This document shows, piece by piece, positions 40,778 through 52,598 of a stretch of DNA of 64,000 nucleotides. The translations under genes and the position numbers were made by a program. The notes below the pieces were generated by a model that ran no database searches, was not told the DNA's origin, and worked only from the letters and a program-made list of their open reading frames with translations. The stretch comes from Atractiella rhizophila. Taxonomy: Eukaryota. Every line of letters starts with the position of its first letter. Position 1 is the first letter of the stretch. Location: positions 1 through 64,000 of the forward strand of contig MU271271.1 of the NCBI GenBank assembly GCA_021432655.1. The letters are read 5' to 3'.

Positions 40778-42373
40778 CTTTTTGTGAGAAAAGACACCAG
40801 ACTAGATGTCATGAACTATGTTAGATTGGAAGAAAACAATCCAAAGAAGTAACCAGAGCATGCCTGAGTTGCCCGTTCGAGTTCGTCCGACGAAGCTTGC
40901 ATCCAGACCATTCGAAGTTGGAGTAACAATCGTGCTGTGGTACCGCTGTAAAAGGTCCGTTTGTGAGATGACGTTGGTGGATTATTCGTTCTGGGAAGTC
41001 TCAGTGTTTGCAGGCTTCAACGATACAGAGACCGCAGAGAGCCTGTGGGCACAGAAGTTGAAGCCTCCGTCAATGAATGAAGTGATTCAAACGAAAGATG
41101 AAAGATGTGGGGAACAAACCCTGTCAAATCTGGAGCAGGCTGGATAAAGCACTCAGTGCTCAGGTGTCCAGACATGCTTCGTTTGGCGCATACTGGACGC
41201 TCCCATCCACGAAAGCGAGTTTAACGAACTGCCTCCGGACAGGAAGCATGACGAGAGCCATCTCCCCTCGCGATAGAGCTGTGAAGGGAGGCTCTGCGAC
41301 ATACTAGACCTGAAAGAGGGTCAAGAGACAGAGTCGACAATTGAATGATGACCGGGACAGTGTTTCCATTATACGATGACCCTGAAGTGAAGCCTGCAGT
41401 CAGTCTAGACAGACGTGGAGTGAAGTGAGTACCATTGAGATCCACTCCACTGCTTGTGTTTTCAACATTAACGTGGGCGGTGTAGATTGTATATGTACTC
41501 GTTCGTCGCAATTGCAATGGACATATGAAAGTTCTATCATGGGATATTTGCTCGACGAGCTCGAACAATAGCTGAATATCGTCTAAAGCATTTTGACAAC
41601 TAGTTGTCGGGTTTTATAGTACTACCTCCTAAGGTAAGTTGTAGCAGTCAAAACGCGCTGAAAGCGACGGACAAGTGATTCAATTTCTAGGCCTTCAAGT
41701 CGTATCTTAGAGCTAAGGCGTACCTTCGTCAAAACATCACTCCTCCCGAACTTTTACTCTCGCCCAAAGGTTCATGGCACACTCGTTCATGATCTTCCGG
41801 AGCTTGCTTCGAGAAAAACCGTTGCGTTCGGTACATGTATTGACTTAGTATCATCACATTGGGAAACCGCAATGTCGATGGAGCCTGTAGTAAAATTGCT
41901 CGTGCTTATGTTCCAGCCACATCGCATTTTTGGTAGAATCATTGGCAGTTTACATGGATTCACTCAAGCCGTGTTTGGATTCATGGAGTCCTGTCAAAGG
42001 AAGTTACCTCCGTCTTGCCGAACAACATTTCGCCTTCAAGATATACTAGCTCTCCGTCTGTGCACCAATAAAAATATTCAGCATTAAATCCATCCCGTGG
42101 CATTGAAGAAAAGGAGAGCAGCCGTGCCGCCTCTTCCATCTTTCTCCAATCAACTTCAGGACTGTCTGGGTCCATCGCTTATTTCCTAGTCTCGTTCCTT
42201 CTCCTAAGATGATTTCGCTTTCATGTAGCAGAGATTCTTTATGCCCTATGCCATTCCGCAGAACCGTACAATCATTTTGCCCCAATATACACAAACGCAG
42301 AAAACAGAAAGGAAAAGAACTCGCGGAGCGAGCAAAATCTAGAACGTGTGCACGAACTGCCAAACACGTTCGT

Positions 42374-44020
42374 CTATTGCGGCACACACTGCGAGTAATA
42401 GGGGTCTGCAGTTGTTTTCATCAAAGGAATGCTGGAGCAAATGAGAAGAGAAAGCGCACTTGAGTAAGCGCAACGATAGCCATTCGAACAAGCGGTCGCA
42501 CCAGTCCAATCCTGTCCTCCGCACTGACCATACGCGGTTTGCGTCGCTGCGGATGAGGGCGAAGGATTGTCGTCTCCCGGTACACATTGCGAGTAATAGG
42601 GATCTGCATTCGTCAATCAGAAGAATCCCTTCTCGGATATTGATTGCTAACTGGAGTAGACGCAATGATAACCGGCTGTGCAACCAGTCGCGCCAGCCCA
42701 ACCTTGTCCTCCGCATTGACCGTACGCCGATTGTGTTCCTGTGGAGGATGACGCAGAGCTGGGACTGCTTGGAGAGGAGGAGGAAGAGGAGCTGTCACCG
42801 CCAGGTACGCATTGCGAATAGTAGTCATCTAGGTTCGGCCATCAGCTTGAGGGATATTGAAGAGCTTAGATACAGACTAGAGTATACGCAGTGGTAACCG
42901 CTAGCACAAGTAGTTGCTCCAGTCCATCCTTGTCCACCGCATTGTCCATAAGCTACCTGCGTCGTGGTAGATGAAGGAGCAGAGGAAGTGGAACTGCTCG
43001 TGGGGCTGGAAGAACTGCTCGTGGATTTAGACGATGAAGCAGAATTGCTTTGAGATGACCGCGACGAGAATCCTGAGGTAGTCGAACCACCGTTGGAAGT
43101 GATGCTTCCCCCACCAGAGCAAGCGCAATTCTGGCATTGAGGAGCTTGGCCGCCTTCACCGTAATGTTGATTGTATTGGCTCAACTGTGCTGACCGTCAA
43201 TGCTTTTCATTGGAGGAGAATCTGAAATGGTCAGACCTGGACCCAAGTCACACAATAGCTTCCGCCATAAGCTTGAGAAGCACCGGAGAAGTCATAGCAG
43301 TTCTTGCCAATGTATTGGCCAGATGGTTGATTGTTCTGAGACTCGAAGTGAGTGCCAAAGCTTTGAGGTGTCCATCCAGAATTTGAAGTGTACGACTGCC
43401 CGCATTGGTACTGGGAGCATGATATGGCCTGCAACGGTGTTAATTGTCGTCATTATGGACAAGTGGCATCTATACCTGATAGTTGACGTGACCTCCGTCC
43501 GAATAGCCTCCGTTAGGAAGCGTGACACCCATCACGCCGTTAGGGCATTCTTGATCGACAGTATAGGGCGTGCAGCCATCCGAACCTCCCTAATATCGTT
43601 CAGTGAGACGTCAATAATTCAAAGAGTACGCACGCCACCGGTTTTGCAGGGCTGGGTGGTGCTAGTTGTTTGGGTAGGCGTCGACGTTGTCGGCGGCGTC
43701 GTTGTTGCTGAAGGTTGCTGCCTCCTAATCTTTTTGAGGACGGTTCGATTATGGGAAACTTGGTTCCTCTTCACTCGATCTTTCATCATTCCATCAGCAT
43801 TTCTTTTGTAACAAGGAATTTACGAACCATGTTGCACAGGAGCATTTCGACTGGTTCTTCCAACAAAACCCAACCATGGAACGGCGGATTGATCATCAAA
43901 AGGGGCCTGGGGATTTTTTAAGAATGAAAATTGATGCAAGGCTTCCTCGTTGGCGTATGAGCCGATAGAAGACGCTTGGGCTAAGTGAGCGACGAGGATA
44001 AAACCGTTGATGAGAATCAT
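42374..44020 (-). CDS. Secreted protein: signal peptide, pro-region, Cys-rich unknown domain, Ser/Thr linker, three CBM1 modules
   Basis: MILINGFILVAHLAQA signal. Three AYGQCGGQxWxGATxCxxGYxCxYS / DxYYSQCVP modules, each split by an intron at the same position. Confidence 0.85.
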
Positions 44021-44347
44021 GGCGGTAAATGGTGGTTGAGCAAGCGAAGGAGTGAGATTGTTAATTATTTATTGTTGTTTAGAGCATTGGTATCGTAAGC
44101 AAGCAGCATCATCGGATTTGGAAGCTGTGTTGACCACTGTTGTTATTGCTCCATCGGAAGCAAATTTATTTGTGATTGTTAACACTGTTCGATTGCCGTC
44201 GAAAGCCTGATAGATTCACCACTGCTGGTGATAGCTGGCATTGGTTGAGATGAGAGATCAGTTATTGATTTGCATACAAGCAATGAGAGGGGACTGAGAA
44301 ACAACTGAGCAGAGTACACGAATAAGTTAAAGAGAGGGGACGAGTAA

Positions 44348-47275
44348 TCAGGTACTCAAAATCTCCAGCTCCTCCTTTGGACCAAAAGGCCTGAAGTGCA
44401 ATTCCTCCAGCAATTTGCTCGGTGGCAAAACTGTCTCCACCTTGTCGATTTGCAACCTGGTGAGGTTGCGCCTGGGATCTTGCAACAGATCAAGGAGGGG
44501 AATGGTGATTCCAGCTTTACGCACAGAGCGAGCGTCAGCTCTCGTGAAAGTTCTGATTATAGAAAACACAGGACGTACCAAGCCCCCGATAAAGCTTCGA
44601 CCCCTCCTTCATCTTCTCGATCCCCGTTCTGACTTCTACCTCCCATCGCCACCTATTGGGCTCCTTGAATCCCTTCTCTTCTCTTTCAATCATCACCCCC
44701 AGTTCGCGAATTTTAATCTGGAAAGCCAAAGCGTACGTAGGAAATGACCATGTCATGTTGGTGAAGGTTCGCCTCCTCACATAGTCCATGAAGATGGGAT
44801 GTATGGCCAACGCTTCGTTGGAGGCATGGTGACATATTCGCATGGATGGGTCATTTGGAGAATAAGAAAAAAAGGGGATATGGAGTCTCATCTTGTCCCT
44901 ACGCCAAACCTTTAGAAACCGTGAACAGAAAGGATGGGACTAACGCCTGTAGGATGGAATGAGCAGCAACCAACCAGTCCCTCTCCTCCACCTCTTCGTC
45001 CGTCAACTGACCAAATGACACGCAAAGCTCCGCAAACCGCCGACGTGGGAATGCTTCAAGCAGTGCATGGGCAGTTTTATCGAGATGTATGAATGTGCGA
45101 CTTCATGGAGATGTTAGAGTTTCACAGCGAGACGCTGAGGGGGTGGAAAAGCAAACCTCTGCCTTGCCCTTTGGAGCTGAACTGTCGACAACATGACCCA
45201 CGGTCGTTCCCACCCTAAAGCCACCCACTGTGAACACGGACCCATGTTTGCCTCAAACAGGCCAACGTACTACGCAAGAACTCGTCCATCCGACTCGAGA
45301 AGATCGACGTCTTGTAGAAGATTTGTACAGCACCCAATCCTACAAAGGCATCCTTCGTTTCCCAAAACTCCTTGTTCTCCGGATTCAGGTTCGCGTTCTT
45401 TTCTAGCTCCAGGAAGGCGGAGGGAGAGGCAGAAGACGGCGGAAGAGGGGTGTGGATGTCGTCTATCGGTACAAAGGCAACTACTTGACATTCCGCATAT
45501 ATTTCCAGGATGAGAGACGAACCTGCTGATATACAGCTCGGCCAATGTGGCACACCAGAGATGTGTCTCTCCATAGTGATCGTGAGCCAAAACATGTGCG
45601 ATCTACCTCAACCCAACCAACCAAAAAGGGTGAGAAGAGGGGATGTATGCAATGAGCAGAAGAGGAAGGAAGTTGACGCCTACCGTTGAATGTATGCCTC
45701 CCTTTCTTCTTCTGGAGCGGTGGGAGGGGGAGGTCGGGCTCGATCCAGTCCAAGTAGTTGACTGTCTTCGTTAGCAGGCAATGGCGGTATGGTGGGAGAA
45801 ACGCACCATAAGCGTACACAAAAGGCGACAAGTACTGCGACCACGTTCCAATTCTCATTAATCTACAGCCAGATATTGGGTGCGATAGCTTCAGCCTCAA
45901 CTGCTTGCTCTGGCTCACGCAGAAAAAGAGAATTGAACGACAGACCTGATAATAAAATACTGTGATCAGGCAGGCCCTCAACACTTCCACGATTTCCTCT
46001 TCCCCCATCGCTGCTCTCTCCTCGATTCGAGAGAAGAACTCGGTCTTCAACTCCCTCGTGATGCTATCGATCAGCTCCTGTCTCCTCCCCCTCCTGTCCA
46101 TCCGCCTCTTCTGCTCGTCCTTCTCCTCTTTCCCATAAAAGTACGTCTCAAAGAACTTCTTATACATCTTTTTGCTGCATGCGTACGACAGAACACACGT
46201 TCCCTCCTCCGTTTCGGGTGTGAGCCGGACGGAGCCGTAGTAGGCGGAGAGCGAGTCGAAGGGGACAGACATGAGCCCGTGTAAGATGATGGCGCGGAGG
46301 AGTAGAGGGTGTCGAAACATGTGAGGGGATACAGAGCCGGAAGCGGTGAAGAACAGAAGTTTGAGAGGAGGGGATGCGAGGAAGGCATTGTAAATCAGGT
46401 AGGATAGGAGGTAAGGGGGACCGAGTGGGCTGTAGGCGGTGAGGGGAAGCAGGGGAGTATGTGATCGCGAGTAGGTATTGACGATTGGGAGGGTAATGTG
46501 AGTGTCGGATACAGGAAGGTGGCAGCAAGACGGTTGGGATGCACAGGGCGAAGCGGAGGATGAAGATGGGACGCTGCGAAGCGCTTGAAGGGCGGATTCG
46601 AGGCTTTCTGTTGACCAATGAAAATCGTTAGCAACGGTGGCAAAGAAACTGGGAATGAAAAAAAAATCTTTGGACTCGTAACTTCTCTTTCCATGTGTTT
46701 GCTGGCGCAGAAATAATCAATGTGCAGCTTAACAAGCGAGCGGACTTTTTCTCGGCAGGCAGGCAGAAGGTATACTTCGTTCCTTTGTGTGAAGAAGGAC
46801 GGAAACATCGTGAGTGCAGAAAAACATTAGCATGGCAAACGGAGTCCCCATCTTGCGAATAGAGAGCAAAGAAATCACTCTTACGCAGAATTTGCGTACA
46901 TTTGTAAATTTATTCTCTTGAGCCTTCTACAAGGAAGAGATAATTTTGAGTTTGGGAGTGAAGAGAAGGACAACGGATGATGCAAAAGGACTCACTAACT
47001 CTCTCCTCCAGCACCTCCAACGTCTCCTCCTCCTCATCCTCCTCACCCCCATCTCCGAGTCCATCACCCTCACCCACCATCCCCTTCGCCTTCGTGGTAC
47101 CAAAGTAGCCTGGCCGCCTCCCCCTCCCTTCCTCATACACACACTCCACCCCATACTTCACACACGCATCGCATGGCGCCGTCCCACTACATCGGACCTT
47201 CTTCTGCCTGCACGGCGCACACGAATGGTTGGGCGACAGGTGCTTGCGTTTTGAGGTAGCTGTCTCGGATGCCAT
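44348..47275 (-). CDS. Zn(II)2Cys6 transcription factor (multi-exon; 3' extent approximate)
   Basis: MASETATSKRKH..SCAPCRQKKVRCSGTAPCDACVKYGVECVY, an acidic tract, then same-strand coding-like exons down to ~44348. Confidence 0.8.
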
Positions 47276-47774
47276 CCTCAGGCTACGTGCCGCCACTCCG
47301 TCTCGTCTTCGTTGTCGTCAAGAGTAGACCTTCAACGGTCAAGCTGACTTAGTGAATCTTCAACGTCAACCGCGGAAGGGAAGACTCCACAGGGATGAAT
47401 AAGAGGTGGTTTATGTGGAACCACGGAGAGCGGCCGCCAAAGGCCTTTGACGTCTGGCGCCGGCCTTCGTTCAACCAGTCGTGGCAGACTACAACTCACA
47501 CACTGTCTGGTTGCGGAACACTTGCACCAGGTCCGGCGTCAGCGGGATCAGGATAGAAAGTGGTTCACCACGACTAATTAGCTAAGCAGAGTCCTGAAGA
47601 GTTCAATCGGTGAGGTCACTGCGCTCTGGGACACCTGATGGTGGGAAGGGCGGAATGAGACAATATCTATATATGCTACATAGGCAGGAGCGTGCTTGAA
47701 TCTGAGTGGTGTCTACGCTACTTTCTATCCGCCTTCCCCTTCTCCCTTCTCTACCTCCGTTCCAGTGCTCGGCC

Positions 47775-48352
47775 TCACAATCCATAAACAAACCTCGCAT
47801 TCTCCTCCCCAACACGCAAGACCTCCGCCGTGGTCCATTTCTTTCTCTCACTTCCTCCTTCCTCCCCAATGGTCTCGTTGAACTTGTTCGCGACGAATTC
47901 AGCCGTCCAAGGTATCATGCTGCTCAAGCTGAACCTCAACCGGGGTATCGTGTGTTTCTTCCCATTCTCATCCGTCACTACGTCCTTGGCTCCCACTTGG
48001 AGCGAGTTGGGGAGCATGTAAGGTCTGTTTCCAAAGCGTCGTTAGCTCTCATTCCTCAGACCCTTAACGGGTTGGCGAAAACGCCTAAGTGGATGAGGGA
48101 AAAGGACTACATACGAGTCTGTCTCGAGCAAGAACCGTGGATGGTCCGGATCCCTTCGTACAAGATGAGCGAGAACGGCGGGTGTGTTCACGTTCGAAGG
48201 ATAGGTAGTTACTCCAGTGATGCCTGTGGGAGCGAAGATGTCATCATGTGATATAGAAAGGTGAAAGAGGACGAACCAATGTATAGGTTAGGGAAGAAGT
48301 CTAGGAGGTTCTTGGCTAGTTCAACGGTGTCGGAGAAACAGTGGACGTGTAT
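47775..48352 (-). pseudogene. Orphan duplicate of the TatD 3' exons
   Basis: IHVHCFSD..YIGITGVTTY..FLLETDSPYM..GEENARFVYGL*, matching 49464-50041, with no first exon of its own. Confidence 0.85.
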
Positions 48353-48767
48353 CTACCTCGTCATCCCCAAACGATCAGCCATCTGGTCAACATCCTCTGT
48401 AACGAAATTAGGCTTCCACGCCTTGAACAAGCATGTCGTCCTTCCCTTCTGAAAGAATGACCAAGTTTCTTTCCTTGCTTATGGCACATGCACGTGCTCA
48501 TGATTAACGAGAATAAGGAGGTGTCAAAGTCAATGAGTCAAGCGGAGATCACAGCTGCGTCGCTGCCCAATGATCCCCCGGTTCCTCCCTGACCCGAAAT
48601 TGCTTGGATCTGCGACACTCATGCTCTTTAACCCAAAAGGAGCGTCGTCTCAGGTAAAGAAAAGCATTGTTTTGAAAAGCATAGCAGGTATCGAGTACCG
48701 AGGACGTTCCACTTCGAGATCCTGTCAGAAAGGAACATAACACCGTGTCACTCGTTCCTGCGGCAGG

Positions 48768-48965
48768 CTACCTCTTCGCCTTCGTGGTACCAAAGTAGCC
48801 TGGCCGCCTCCCCCTCCCTTCCTCATACACACACTCCACCCCATACTTCACACACGCATCGCATGGCGCCGTCCCACTACATCGGACCTTCTTCTGCCTG
48901 CACGGCGCACACGAATGGTTGGGCGACAGGTGCTTGCGTTTTGAGGTAGCTGTCTCGGATGCCAT
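48768..48965 (-). CDS. Truncated Zn2Cys6 duplicate (65 aa, DNA-binding domain only)
   Basis: Intact ATG and six Cys; a stop at the duplication junction after GTTKAKR. Confidence 0.6.
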   Translation of the reverse strand: MASETATSKRKHLSPNHSCAPCRQKKVRCSGTAPCDACVKYGVECVYEEGRGRRPGYFGTTKAKR

Positions 48966-49463
48966 CCTCAGACTGTGTGCCGCCACTCCGTCTCGTCGTC
49001 AACGTTTCAAGAGGAGACTTTCAAAGTTCAAGCTGACTTAGTGAATCTTCAACGTCAACCGCGGAAGGGAAGACTCCACAGGGATGAATAAGAGGTGGTT
49101 TATGTGGAACCACGGAGAGCGGCCGCCAAAGGCCTTTGACATCTGGCGCCGGCCTTCGTTCAACAAGTCGTGGCAGACTACAACTCACACACTGTCTGGT
49201 TGCGGAACACTTGCACCAGGTCCGGCGTCAGCGGGATCAGGATAGAAAGTGGTTCACCACGGCTAATTAGCTAAGCAGAGTCCTGAAGAGTTCAATCGGT
49301 GAGGTCACTGCGCTCTGGGACACCTGATGGTGGGAAGGGCGGAATGAGACAATATCTATATATGCTACATAGGCAGGAGCGTGCTTGAATCTGAGTGGTG
49401 TCTACGCTACTTTCTATCCGCCTTCCCCTTCTCCCTTCTCTACCTCCGTTCCAGTGCTCGGCC

Positions 49464-52400
49464 TCACAATCCATAAACAAACCTCGCATTCTCCTCCCCA
49501 ACACGCAAGACCTCCGCCGTGGTCCATTTCTTTCTCTCACTTCCTCCTTCCTCCCCAATGGTCTCGTTGAACTTGTTCGCGACGAATTCAGCCGTCCAAG
49601 GTATCATGCTGCTCAAGCTGAACCTCAACCGGGGTATCGTGTGTTTCTTCCCATTCTCATCCGTCACTACGTCCTTGGCTCCCACTTGGAGCGAGTTGGG
49701 GAGCATGTAAGGTCTGTTTCCAAAGCGTCGTTAGCTCTCATTCCTCAGACCCTTAACGGGTTGGCGAAAACGCCTAAGTGGATGAGGGAAAAGGACTACA
49801 TACGAGTCTGTCTCGAGCAAGAACCGTGGATGGTCCGGATCCCTTCGTACAAGATGAGCGAGAACGGCGGGTGTGTTCACGTTCGAAGGATAGGTAGTTA
49901 CTCCAGTGATGCCTGTGGGAGCGAAGATGTCATCATGTGATATAGAAAGGTGAAAGAGGACGAACCAATGTATAGGTTAGGGAAGAAGTCTAGGAGGTTC
50001 TTGGCTAGTTCAACGGTGTCGGAGAAACAGTGGACGTGTATCTACCTCGTCATCCCCAAACGATCAGCCATCTGGTCAACATCCTCTGTAACGAAATTAG
50101 GCTTCCACGCCTTGAACAAGCATGTCGTCCTTCCCTTCTGAAAGAATGACCAAGTTTCTTTCCTTGCTTATGGCACATGCACGTGCTCATGATTAACGAG
50201 AATAAGGAGGTGTCAAAGTCAATGAGTCAAGCGGAGATCACAGCTGCGTCGCTGCCCAATGATCCCCCGGTTCCTCCCTGACCCGAAATTGCTTGGATCT
50301 GCGACACTCATGCTCTTTAACCCAAAAGGAGCGTCGTCTCAGGTAAAGAAAAGCATTGTTTTAAAAAGCATAGCAGGTATCGAGTACCGAGGACGTTCCA
50401 CTTCGAGATCCTGTCAGAAAGGAACATAACACCGTGTCACTCGTTCCTGCGGCAGGCTTACAGCATCCGCAATCACTGCCAACCCAGACTTTATGAAAAG
50501 TAAATGAAATTCTTTGCAAACCCAGGATATCATAGTTGCAAGGGGATTGAGAGGGACTCGCTTGCTCCATAGCTCCGTTACGAGCTCGTCATACTCTCAA
50601 GAATCCGAAGCAATGACCCTCTCCAGGCACCAAACGCATTCGCATTCCAACGAGCTTCACCACCTCAACAAATACCTACCACGTCAGCGATCGGTTGAAG
50701 GAAAATGCACGCCGCGTTCTCCACAGAGAGGTCCAAAGAGAAAGAACCATGGTTACGGTCTGACGTTCGTTCCTTTCGTACTTCAATCCAGCAAATTGTA
50801 CTTCTATTTCTGTAGACACAATATGGACAGTGGCAGCGACAGAAAGAATGCACAGCAAAAGTCATGCGAGCGGGCGAAGGCCATAGAGCGTAAGACAAAC
50901 GAAAGCATGAGAGGCCAGGTCTACATGGCTGGAGAGGGACAGAAACTTGGATCGATTGTCCTCCAGGCATCTCTCTCCATCTTGCACATGCACACGAGAG
51001 GAGTCTATGTCTCAATGAACGAAAGGAAAGGCATAAAGGCCTCACGATCAATCCGTCGCAGTGCCCCCTCCCTCTCCTCGCTCCGAATTCTTCGAGACGG
51101 GATCGTCTGGCATTCTGCCAACATCATTGCCAACGCATCTTTGATAGGTGTCCCTGTAGAAAGCAGAATGTGGCAGAGAGACTAAGTGACGGCGCGACAG
51201 GCCTCTCTCGTGTTTTGCGAGGATAGTACATTTCCCGCTTCTATAGAACGATGGGCGAGGCGCTTAAGATGCGAGATAGAATTGGGCATGCCGTTATGCT
51301 TTCGCGCCTGCGTAACAGCACAACGTCTTCATTGGGACTGTATGGCTGGTAACGATGAAGAGAAGATGCGAGGAGGAGAACTCAGCATCCTCTCTTCACC
51401 GTCCAACCTCCTCAAAGGCGAGAGAAGACATTCAAAACAAGTTCCACCACAAACCCCACCACATAAAGCAAAAGACGCAACTCACCCGCCTCTCCCTATC
51501 CTCCCCCAACTCCTCCCTCAAAATCCTCCAAACATCCACATCCGCCTCCCTCGTATGCACCGTCAGTGCCTTCCCCCCCACCCCCTCCCCCTCCGCCTCC
51601 CTCAAAACGCGGAGCTGCCTCCTCAACACCTCCCTCTGCACCTCTCTCGGCGAATTATCATAATGATAATCCAAACCTATCTCGCCCAACGACACGCACT
51701 GCGGGTGCGCGAGGTGCTTCACTATCTCGTTGTGGATATTGTCGCTGTAGAGCGACGCCTCGTGTGGGTGCACACCGATCGTGTACCGGTATGCGACGCC
51801 GCCGAGGGTCCCGGAGGGAAGGAGAAGCGAGGGGAGGTATTGGTATTCGGCGGGCTCGCACCAGACGTCGATGATGTGGGAGACGCCGGAGGGGGCGTAG
51901 TAGGTCGCGAGGAGGGAGGAGGGGGTGTGGTCGTATTCTTTCTTTTTCTCCTCTTTCTCGTTAGTGGGAGAGAGGTGGTTGGTGGAGGTGGAGGTGGTGG
52001 TGAGAGAGGAGGCGGAGGAGGAGAGGGTGGAGAGGAGATGCATGTGCGTATCTATTATTCGAGGACGCCAGGGCTCTACTTCCTCACCCATAAAGTCAGG
52101 TGCAGGCGTCGAATACACATCTCCCTCCGCATTCCCATTCGCATCTCCATTAGAGCTCCGAAGAAGAGAAAACGAGCTGATAGTATTCCCGCCACTCTTC
52201 GAAACCACAGAGATCGGAGGAGCGTTCGGATGAAAAGAAGGCAAAAGAGGATCCGAAGACTGATACGGATACCTGAGCAAAAAAGACTCCGGACTCCTCT
52301 TCAGCACCGTCTTCCTCTTCTTCCCCTGGCTCTGACCATTCTGATTTCGATTCCGATTCCGATCCTGATTCCGATCCTGATGATGCTTAGGCTTGTGGTC

Positions 52401-52598
52401 CTTCCTCCCCGCCGGAGTAGACCGCCCAGAGGTGTGTCGGGATGCAGGCTGGGATGATGCGGCGGAGGCGGAGGCGGAGGTGGAGGGCGTGAAGGACGGT
52501 GCGGAGGGGTTGAGCATGTTGCGGAGGTGGTCGAGTGCGGTGGAGGCGTGGCGTTTGGCGACTGTGGAGCGGATGGAGGAGAGGGTGACTCGTTGCAT
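49464..52598 (-). CDS. TatD-family DNase with a long N-terminal extension
   Basis: Exon 1 has IIDTHMHL, IGVHPHEA, GEIGLDYHY and VHTREA. A phase-0 intron (51485-50042) joins EDRERR to IHVHCF. LLETDSPY follows. Confidence 0.9.
50087..51387. mobile_element. Solo-LTR-like insertion (1301 bp) in TatD intron 1
   Basis: Begins TGTAACG and ends CTCAGCA, flanked by the direct repeat TCCTC (50082-50086, 51388-51392). Removing it leaves a 138-nt intron. Confidence 0.7.

Larger units (their letters stand above)
47084..50458. repeat. Tandem duplication, unit ~1.69 kb (47084-48769, 48774-50458)
   Basis: Near-identical sequence at offset 1689-1690; the ORF sets are duplicated exactly. Confidence 0.97.

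Noticed and set aside
50514..51185. 223-aa ORF
   Set aside because: Non-ATG start inside the LTR-like insert; no gag or pol motifs seen.
51186..52457. 423-aa plus-strand ORF
   Set aside because: Antisense shadow of the GC-rich TatD exon 1; GTG start and no recognisable motifs.
51432..52598. TatD as a truncated pseudogene
   Set aside because: The missing C-terminal half is at 49464-50041, across a long intron.
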